Below are positions 53,675-64,000 of a DNA stretch of 64,000 bases, in pieces; position 1 is the first letter of the stretch, and each line of letters opens with the position of its first letter. A program made the position numbers and the translations under genes. The stretch comes from Cycas panzhihuaensis (Eukaryota; Plantae; Cycadophyta), in contig CM041465.1 of assembly GCA_023213395.1 (NCBI GenBank), positions 141,367,741-141,431,740 of the forward strand, in the 5' to 3' direction. Below the pieces are notes generated by a model. The model saw only the letters and a list, made by a program, of their open reading frames with translations, was not told the DNA's origin and did no database searches.

Positions 53675-56600
53675 TATTGGGGTTAATCATCATCACTCCA
53701 CTCCCACCTTTCCAACTAGGATTGTACACCTCATCAACTTCAATTTAGATATGTGATGCTCAATATGTCAAGGTAAGTTTAACTTTGATTTATGTTAAGT
53801 TGAGTTAGTTTCATTTGAGTTAAGTTAACATTATTTTATTATTATTTTGAATTCAGGGGTTGAGGAGTTTCCCTCCTCCCCCAAATTATAAATATTGAGA
53901 GGTGTGCAACCCTGCTGTCTTTAGACATTGCCTTTATTTGGGAAATTTGTAACTCTCTTCACTACAATGGAATGACTACAATGGATTTCCAGTTTATGCA
54001 ACATTGATGTATTGCAATATTGATCTATGTGATTCTATTATATGTTTTGTCCTATTCTCTTGCAAATATTTTTTCAATATTTTGTATCAAACTTGACATA
54101 CTATAAAGTTTATTTATTTAAATTTTTTCATATTATTTCTTATTTTCACGTTTTCTATTTTTCCATTTTTTGGGTGACTTGATTCCTTGCTTTGAAAAAA
54201 TTATGCAATATATCTGCCACTCAAAACCCTAGGAAGTACCCACTCATTATGATCCTTGCTAATCCAGCAATCCAATGAAAGAGACGGTTCATGATTTCGC
54301 TGATCAGACAACAAGATATTTCATGTGGATCAATTGCTACTCTAGTTTGGCCTCTATTTGATCTGTAAGCTCGTTCTTAGTGCAAAAGAAATAGATCGCT
54401 GTAAAATTTTACCAATGCCTGGTCATCTAAGACACCCTACTACTTGTAAAATCTTGTCTTCTTTAGTGGCCTGTACAGGGAGATCCAGCCTCCAAAGTGA
54501 CTAAAACCCTAGTTTACTAATTTTTTCATGATTTCCTCACTACTTTTTGAAATATTTTTAAAATTTCTTTATGAAATCTATATCTTCTTGCTTGGGCGCC
54601 TCTCTATACATTGATTTCACTCATATCTAAGCTCTGTTCATGTCTATTTCTCTCTGTTTTCTCTGCGTGGCCACGGTTCTATTTTTTCACATAATACATA
54701 TATATGTATTTTTTATCATTTTTTAACACGTTTTAGCCTCGATCTATCTGAAGATCTTTGTTAAGGGTTGATCTATCTTCTTATACGTCTGAATCGATCA
54801 TTTTTTATCAATTTTTGCCCCATATTTCACCATGCAGTTACGTGGTCATTACGTTTAATTTTTTTATTTTATTTTTTATAAAGTTTAAAAAATTAAAACA
54901 TATTGTATAATATTTGAAATTTAAAGTTTAAAAAGGCTTAAGCCCCTTCTCTATCAGCCCCTGGTCACATAATATTTCCATATGACCATTAGCAAGAGGC
55001 TAACATAAGTTTTAACATTTTTTTCTTTTTATTTTTTTCTTAATTTTTTATTTTACATAGGGTTATTAGAATCTGTTTGCCATAACTTCTCATTGGCTCA
55101 TCAGTTTCAGATGAAACTAATTTCATTGGATCATAAATTTTCTGTAGATTAATTTTGACTGATCATATGACCAATTTGGTACTGATTTGACCCCGTTTCA
55201 GTCGATTTAAAGTCAATCAGTCATTTTTTCAGCCTTTTTTAAACTTTTCACAAAATCATTTTTTGAATTGATTATATTTTATTACTGGGTAACTATTTTC
55301 TACCCAAATCTATTCTACAGTGATGTACGTTCAAAAACTTCATTTCTCACCTTTTATTTTATTTTTTAGAATTCATTTTGACCACTATTTTAATCGCCGA
55401 AAGTGGCATTTTAGTAGTTTTCCTCATTTTTCTTAACATTTTACTATAAAGGTACCTATTGCCATTTTTGTTATAACTTCTCTATTTGGCATCCAAATTT
55501 AGTTCCGTTAATTTTGTTGGGAATTTGACTCAATTCTCTTCGATCTAATATAGTGTTTTATACATTTTAACGTATTTTTCCTAATTTTCAAAACACTCAA
55601 AGTAGAGGTACTTTATTGCTTTAAACCTGCCATATTTACACTTTTTTATAGACAATTTTTTAATTTTTTTCAACTGAGAGTACATTGAGAAATCCTATAA
55701 ACTATATTTGATTGTTTTACAGTATTTTATTACCTTTTTTATACAATCATGAGCCCTGACTCCTATTAGGCCTAAAAACAAGGCCTATTTTCTTTGGATC
55801 ATCAAAACTTGACTTATAGGAACCCATTTTCAAAATGGTTAGTTCCGTTAGATTCATATTTTGTTTATCTTCATACTTGTAAAGTTTAACATCATTCTGA
55901 TATTATTTAGTATATTTTTGAAGCTATCAAACTTAATGTTATCCTCTAACCCTTCTTTTAAGAAGTTTTTTCATACTCCTTATCTTTCAAAGTAAAATAT
56001 ACATATATTTTAGTTTTTTTAGCATTATATATTATTATTAAGGCTAAGGATTTATTGCATTGATAATTTACATTTATTCATTTAAAGAAAATCTAAAGGT
56101 TAAGGTCTTATTTCATATTTGTATCATTAAAAGAATATTGGTATATAATTTCAAAGTTGCTTCTATATTCATTATTTCCTTATTGTATTTGGTTCATTTA
56201 TTTTCAAAAGCTATTACATTTCTTTTGAAGTGTATATTTGACATCATACAAGTTTAATCACTTATTGACTTTATTTGATTTGCTAAAAGCATACTTTATA
56301 TATTCTAAAGTTTTTTTATAACATGGCACAATTACCTATATTTGATAGGCAAAATTTTTCAGAATGGCACAAGGTTATGAAAAACTATTTTATTGCACAT
56401 GATTTATGGAAATATTTTCAAGATGACTATGATGTTAGTATTAAGGAAAACATTAGAAAGGATAATGAAGCATTAGGATTATTATTTTGCACTATGAATG
56501 ATGATGTTTTTTCAAAGGTTTCTGAATTAACAACTTCTAAATCAGTTTGCAATGTATTGATTTCTACTTATGGGGGAGATACCCTCCATGTATTTGATGA

Positions 56601-57485
56601 TATTTTTGATGAGCATGTGAGATAGGTGACAGAACAAGTGGATCATGATGACAAAACCAATGAAGATTCATATCAAATATAGGACCAACATACTATACAA
56701 GTATCTGCTCCTCCATTTGAGGGGGAGGATGAATCTTATGACATGATGGAGAATGAATCTGATATGAGAAAAAAGAAATCTTATGATATGACAATTGTTG
56801 ATAATATATAGATTACAAAAGATAAAGTTCAAATTTAAATTTTTCTCAATGTTCCAGTTGACAAAGACAAAGTTGTATCTATACATACCTACTTGAATCA
56901 AGCATCATTTACTTACAAATTTTTTGAATTACTTCATGATACAAAGACATATGTTGCAAGAAGGTTAAAGCATGTTGATAAAGATCAAAATTTTAAACCT
57001 TTTTTCAAGTACAAGTTCCATAAATTCAAGGAAAAGATATAGGTGTTCGTGATGACATTAAGGGGGAGAATGTTGAAGTTAATCGTCATCACTCCACTCC
57101 CACCTTTCCAACTAGGATTGTACACCTCATCAACTTCAATTTAGACATGTGATGCTCAACATGTCAAGGTAAGTTAAGGTAAGTTTAACTTTAATTTATG
57201 TTAAGTTGAGTTAGTTTCATTTGAGTTAAGTTAACATTATTTTATTATTATTTTAAATTTAGGGGCTGAGGAGTTTCTCTCCTCCTCTAAATTATAAATA
57301 TTGAAATGTGTGAAATCTTGGTGTCTTTAGACACCGCCCTTATTTGGAAAATTTGTAACTCTCTTCACTACAATGGAATGACTACAATGGATTTTCAGTT
57401 TATGCTACATTGATGTATTGCAATATTGATCTGTGTGATTCTATTATATGTTCTGCCCTGTTCTCCTACAAATATTTTTCTAACA
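53675..57485 (+). mobile_element. Element F: gag-only (TR-GAG-like) element of the same family as C
   Basis: LTRs 53675-54079 and 57071-57485, homologous to the C LTRs; decayed PBS ~54082; PPT AAGGGGGAGAA 57060-57070; TSD not clearly preserved. Confidence 0.88.
56323..57042 (+). pseudogene. Element F gag-like ORF, homologous to the C ORF
   Basis: MAQLPIFDRQNFSEW..KENIRKDNEALGLLFCTMNDDVFSKVSELTTSKS..; ends KFHKFKEKI*; stop at 56625 and a probable frameshift. Confidence 0.8.
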
Positions 57486-57489
57486 TTAT

Positions 57490-60037
57490 ATAGTAGATAG
57501 TTAGTACATATGAGTATAAAGGCTTGAACATGGATCCTTAGCTCTTAGGTTGATTTGCATATGAATTTAATTAACTTAGGAATAAGTGGAGGGTGGAGAG
57601 AAGGAAGGATCTCTTGTATACGGGGATTCCTCTTATAATCCAGATATAAGCTCTTAGCCCTTAGTGATGAGGATGATTAAGGTGCCACATGGGTATGGTC
57701 TTAATGCCTTGTTTCCTTAATATGTGGGATAAGAGGGGCAATGATAAACTCCCAAAGTCCAAAATGAGGTATAGTGAACATGTGAGACATGGGTGTTCCT
57801 TAGGGTAAGAAGCCTCCTAGGTGATGGGATATATGGGGAAGATATAGCTCATAGATAATAGGTTGGCCAAAGTGACCTAATTAGTTAGTTATAAGAGGTG
57901 GACTATAAGTAACCATGGGGACTTACCAAGGGTATAAAGCACATGGTTGGGGATTTTTCTAATAACTCTTGACATGTACAAAGGTTATAAGGGATGCGCA
58001 AGTGAAGATGGTTGAGGAGTAGAAAATTGAGTAAGAGGATCATATATTTAGGTATCCTAAATAAAAGGGTTACCCTATGAGGGATGATTCTCATAAATAG
58101 AGTGGAGAGAACATCTAAGTACTAGGGGCAAGATAAGTTGATATGAAAATAAAGGTCCACATGAAGTTCCCTGAGTGGGGAGAATAAGTCTCCCTTAAGG
58201 ACCCCTTTAAAAGGTCTACAAATAAGGAGTTAATTTTCAAGCCATAGAATATAGAACATGGGGAACTTAAGGATGTCCACTAAGGTCAATGGCTAATGAA
58301 GAGGGTTGAGGTACAATTATATGGTCTTCATGCTTTTTAGTAATGATGTATAAGCTAATATAAGTTGGGATGGAAAGGCTTAAAACTTGCTTAAAGGGAT
58401 GTGCTATCATAGGAGGGGGTTGTATTATAGATGCTTCATATCCCTCATTATATAGGATGGGTCCCTCATGATTTATATAGTGGGTATAGGTAGGCATAGT
58501 AACTCCTTCAAAAGAGGCGTTTTGAAATAGATGAATAGTTTCTCTCATAGAAACCTCATATAGAAGTGGGTCTTCCTCATATTCAAAAGGACTATTGATA
58601 TCAAGGGTCCTAACAGGGGTATCAAGATTAGTGATTGGGATCTTATAACCTTCATGAAGTGGAAGATTATGAGGAAGAGAAGATGAGGATGGTCCTTTAT
58701 GGGGAAGGCCAAGGAGTTTCTTAGATTGCCTAGGGTAGGTATCAAGGGATCCATGGGGATTGAGAGCAGAAGATGTAAGTAAAAAAAAAAGGGAGGTAAG
58801 CCAAAAGAAAAGGTTCCCTCAATAGTGGAAGATAGAGTATGATGAATGAGGTAAAAGAGTGTCTAATAAATGACTATATAGATTAGTAAAGCCAAAGAGT
58901 AACCATGAAGTTTTGGTAACTCCTTAGTATGGTTGCTAAAATGGTTTCATTAACTCAAGTTAAGTTACTTAAGAAGACTCAAGATAAACCACACAAGATA
59001 AGTGTAGGCAAATAAGGTCCTAGGTGATATAAATCAAGGCAAACCCTCAACCCTTCTCTTAATGAGATAAGATGATTCACTAAGTGTGTGTTATATGGAT
59101 AAGTATGAGTTTTCAAAGGTTATTATTTGCTACTTTCTATGTTTAAACAACAAATCAAAGAAATCTAAAGAATAATAGACTTAAGTTAAGAAAGACAATC
59201 AACCAAGCTAATCTAAATAAATATACAAGGTCTCATTCTTATTAGAGAAAAGATTAAATAACCTCTCAATAAGTGAGAAGATCAATAGAGGAACCTTACC
59301 CTTGAATAAACAACTTAAAGCTTCATATTCATCTACCCTTCTAAAAGTATTTCTAGAAGAAAAAGTCCTAACTTAAACCACTACCCCACTTAAAGTATCA
59401 AAAGTCTATAATAAACTAATCTAGAGTGTAAGGGGACTAATGAGTATAAGGACCTAAAAGATCTTAGACTCTAGATTAATGACCCCATCGAGGGTCAACT
59501 GCTATAGACTCTCTCACCTGACAATAATCCAACCATGAGGATGGATGGACTAGGGATGCCTATATCCCATTCTAGGGGGTTCTTACACTTAAAGGTGAAG
59601 GAAGATAAAGAATCAAGACCACTCTCAACTCAAAGTATAATGACAAGTTGATACCTTTAGTGTTTGAAATATGATAGGAAGAAATTAATTCCAAAGGAGG
59701 GGAAGTTTATCCATTGGGGATATCAGGTCTTGGTTGATCAAACAACCCTTCAGAATAAGAGGTATTTGTTCCTAGGAAAAGGGCAAGTTTAATATATTAT
59801 AGATATTAAGTCTTAATTAATCAGTCAAGCCCTAATCAAACAGATGGGGCCTAACATAAGGGTACCACCTAATAAGTAAATAAGGAACCCTAAACACCTA
59901 ATTAATATACTACTTTATTTTTATATGGAAATAAATAAATATAAATCAACTTGAACAACCACCCAAAAAAACTAACCTATTGCAATGCAATTATAACCAA
60001 TATAAATAATTGAAGCATGTACTTCCTATTTTCGTTT

Positions 60038-60077
<40 letters not shown>

Positions 60078-62224
60078 ATACTATCCTTTTCATTTGAAAG
60101 AAAAGAAAAATAAAAATGATATCCAACACACCTATAGTAAATAGAATAAGTAAGAGTTATTTGAATTCACTCATGCTTATCCTAATTACCCTTTCTCTTT
60201 CTTTTATAAAACTAAAGGAGAAGATGGTTCATACAAATAAACACTTAATTTAAGTAATTTAATAAATACAAAGATCTCTTTAAAAGATGATCTTCTTATT
60301 TGTCTTTTCCTTTTCCTTTTTCTTTTTGAATATTTCTTTAATAAACAAAAATAGGAGAATAATTAAAATATAACAAATGAAAAAGGGCCAACCTTGTAAT
60401 TATTAGATATAAAAGATTTTGAATGATGTCTTTGTTCTCTAAGAAAAGCTCTAATATAAGTGAAATGTTTGTGCTAGCTACAATAAATATTGGAGGCTAT
60501 GTAAAAGAAGAAGTATCCTAAAGACCTTTTTTACTTTTTACAATCAACAAAAATTATTAAAACCCTAATAACATCTTGGTTATACCTAGAGGGTTATGAG
60601 AGATAAAAGAGAGAGGCTAAAGGGAGCCCTAGAACCCTATAGAAGGATGATTCTAACTACCAAAACTTATGCTCCCAAGTTAAGCCACTTATCTCCGTAG
60701 TTGGCTCCTAAGCATAAAGGCCAAGTATATGGATTTCTCACCAAGTTGTGAGTAGGAGCTTATAAACTTAGGAATTTTCCACTGTAAGAACAAGAATCTA
60801 AGTAGTGGCTAACTATAAAATAGTAAAGAGATTGATACAAGAAATCTAATCTTTACTGCAAATCAATTGAAATCCTAACCTAAGTTTTTCCTCTTCTTAT
60901 TTTGTAAATAACAAGTAATGAAATCTAAAAGTAACCTGAAATTAAATATACCAACATACCAATCAAGAGCCACCCACTTGAGGAGAATTAGAAGTCATGC
61001 CTTAAATCAATGTCTTACTTATCCAAGTCCTCTAAATTAGGCCTCTAAACTAGTTGAAAGTAATAAGAGCAGTAAGAAGGAAAAGAGTAGAGGATAGCAC
61101 TTGAAAAATGAGGAGGGATATAAAGGAGAAAGGAAGCCATGAGAGAGAGAGAGAGAGAGAGAGAAGGGAAGTTGATTTATCTCTACGTCTTTGTTTTCTC
61201 TAGTAAATGGATTCAAACTTAGCTTCACGTAAGTCTCCACAAGGTCCAAATGAGGTCCACAAGTGTGAGTTGGGATTTTGACAACACTATGTTGCTTTAA
61301 ATGATCTCCTCCTCTTTCTTAAGGAAAAAAAAAAAGAGTTCTTATAAAACAAATAGAGGGAGGAAGGCCAAAATAATGCGAAAGTAGAGCCATGGTTTAT
61401 CGTAATCTGACATCTATATGATGGAAAAAAGGACCTACCATTACACCCCTATTTTCTATGCAAAAAGATGAAAACCATAGCTAATAATAAAAAACATAAG
61501 TAATAAGTGAAAATTATGACTAAAAATATACTAGAAATGTGACCAAGAGAAGATCACATTTTAAGTTATAAAGAGATTGCATTTTATGAAAGTGGTTATC
61601 TTTTTTAATAATACAAAAAATATGACCTTTGGTAAAAAATACAACCACTTAAAAAAGGCTAAAAAAGAGGGTTTTCATCAAAAATATCAAAGGAAAACAT
61701 GTCATAGAGCAATGTCTTAAAGCAGCAAAGGGCAAGTCATTGTATGAAAGTAAATTCAAAGGGAAAAATAAGTGAATGAGACAAATTTACCAAGTCAAAA
61801 GTAAGTTAGAAAAGGATGAATAATAGAAGTCAATTGGAGCTCTAAAGGAGGATAGAATAAGCTAGATTTACTGTTACTTTTATGATCTTTATATCATGAA
61901 CAATTTTGATGAAGCATATGTATAATTAATAGGAAATCATTCAGTTATTATGCCAAGCTATCACTAAATTACAAATAAGGCACAAAACTTAGCCAATGCT
62001 AGAAGAGAGAGTACTTAATTGAAATATTTGTCCCCTTAGCAATGAAAACTTAATAGACAAGTTGAAGTAGGATGGTAAATATTACCAACCTTGTTAAAAC
62101 CAAGTTATTTAGGAAATTGGGCTATTTAGACTATTCTTTGAGTTGTTTAGAAGGATGAAGATGGAAATAATTAAAAGGAGGGTGGATGAGATAAATGAGT
62201 AGGACTAATTATGGTGGCTTGACT
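57490..62224 (-). mobile_element. 5' LTR (58942-62224), decayed PBS (58921-58938) and internal start of a second Tat-family copy
   Basis: Colinear with 6626-9150 in reverse; LTR end CCA followed by TAGCAACCATACTAAGGA, compatible with a decayed Tat/Ogre-type TGGCGAC... PBS; the lower boundary is uncertain. Confidence 0.65.
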
Positions 62225-62370
62225 AATTCAATTTTAGATCCATTAAATTGATAATACTCTTCAAAACGAGTATAAAATCAATTTGGTGGCATTTATTTTC
62301 ATATGTCTAGGTTTCTTTAGGCAAAAAAATGTTATTCAGACTCTTTAAATATAAAAAAAATGCATTATGG

Positions 62371-62530
62371 TATAACCAATCCAGTCCCCAGTACAACTAG
62401 TCCAGTCCTTGGTAAAACCAAACCAGTCCTTGGTGCGACTAGTCAAATCCTCAGTGCAACCAGACATACCTCAAATGTAACCATGTTTTACCAGGGTGTA
62501 ACCAGTCGCATTTTAGGTTTAACCAAAAGA
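62371..62530. repeat. Degenerate 21-bp tandem repeat, 7-8 units
   Basis: Units start at 62371, 62392, 62413, 62434, 62455, 62476, 62497 and 62518 (t[ga]NaaccagtccagtcctNgg-like). Confidence 0.75.
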
Positions 62531-63281
62531 ATAACATCCCTCATAGGTAATATGATTTGAAGGGGAAAATAGACTCTATTTATCACAAAACTTTAGGAGG
62601 ATATTTGTACAAGTGTCCTCTACCTAAAGGAAGAAATAAATCATAAGTTTTAACTAATTTTAATTAACTTTTAATGGATTGAATAGAGGGTTGAAAAATA
62701 AAGAGAAAAAAAAAAAAGTTTTTAAAGAGAAATAAACATGGAAAGCTAGAACAACTAGCCAGATTTGTCCAAAAGGTATGGAGAAGTGCCCAACAATCAC
62801 ATACACAGTGAGAGGAGTAAGAAAACTTGGGAAATAACTCATATTAGTATCCCAAATATGAAAACTGCTCTAAAACTAAGTCTGCATAGGGAATAGAGAA
62901 AAATAGAGGCTTGAAAGTGGAGTGGATAGGAAGGAGCAAAGAAAAAGTGCCCAGATCTATTCATGAGGTATTAGAGAAGTCTAATAAGGCTTAGACATAG
63001 CCAAAGAAGGAGAAAAGATAGTTATAGCAGTCCAAGGAAGATGCCAAACATAAATACTTCTCAAAAGAGAGTTTGTAGTTGAACAATGACTAAGTCCTTA
63101 GACTTGCATCACTAGTAAATATACTAAGGAGTATGCAATAGCCTAGATCATGCCTAGCATATATTACTCCACTCCTAGATTGCTATATTAGTCTTATATA
63201 TACTCATTAAAGTGCAAAAATAATAGAAGTTTGTAAGAACATTTTAAATATAAAAAATGTATGATATTATATATTATTTCT

Positions 63282-63685
63282 TATTAGAGTTAATCATCAT
63301 CACTCCACTCCCACCTTCCAACCAGGATTGTACACCTCATCAATCTCATTTTATACATGTGGGTGCTCAACGCGTGTAGGTAAGTTAAGGTAATATTTGA
63401 TTTGATTTAAGTTAATTTGAGTTAAGTTAGCATTAATTTATTGTTAATTCAAATTTTAGGGATTGAGGAGATTCCCTCCTCCCCCAAAATTATAAATATT
63501 GAGGGGTGTGCAACCCTCGTGTCTTTAGACACCATTCTTATTTAAAAAATTTGTAATGCTCACTTCTCACAATGGATTGAATATAGAAGTTTCATGTGTT
63601 TATGCTACAATAATGTATTGATGTATTGATCTATTGAAGATTATTCTATGTTCTGCCCTATTCTCCTGCAATATTTTTTCCTACC
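63282..63685 (+). mobile_element. Solo-type LTR of the C/F family
   Basis: Colinear with 57071-57485; no PBS or PPT adjacent; no clear TSD. Confidence 0.8.
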
Positions 63686-64000
63686 CAATTATTCTCTCAA
63701 AGTATACCCGATTCTCAAACTTTACATAGCTGGGCTTCTGTGTCTTCTCTTCATTCAGAGAATTGAGCTCAAGACCTCTGCAGTTAGGGCACATTCTTCA
63801 TGCATGGCCTGCGTGCATTTGGTACCTTCGAGCTCCGTTTCAGCGTCTGGCATCGACGTTTGCAAGTCGACGGTTGTAGGCACGGGTGCATGCAAGGCAG
63901 GATTAGATCTGCAAATCTCAAGAGGCTTCATTTCTATTGATTTGCGTTGATTTGAAGTTATTTTTCTTTCTTTTATTTTCTCATATAATACTATATACAT

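Overview
AT-rich, heavily methylation-decayed plant intergenic DNA (a gymnosperm-like host is an inference) made almost entirely of LTR retrotransposons; no intact host gene is supported. The centre is a resolvable nest: a gag-only copia-derived element A (9189-38784, -) is split inside gag by chromovirus gypsy B (10388-36826, +). B carries gag-only element C (11412-15851, -) and CRM-like gypsy D (16619-31878, -). D is interrupted by a young, probably intact Ty1/copia E (20915-29381, +). To the left is a decayed Tat-type gypsy with RT-RH-INT, a separate downstream archaeal-type RNase H ORF, an array of conserved-loop stem-loops and a ~2.5 kb LTR; an inverted relative of that LTR lies at 58942-62224. 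The right part holds a 1.3 kb (TA)n tract, two more non-autonomous LTR elements (H, F) and LTR remnants. Most notable: a putative helper/parasite set (autonomous E versus gag-only C and F, sharing leader sequence and a covarying LTR hairpin), a ~400 nt possibly pseudoknotted RNA before E gag, and the Tat stem-loop array. Coordinates and identities were read by eye; no searches were run.
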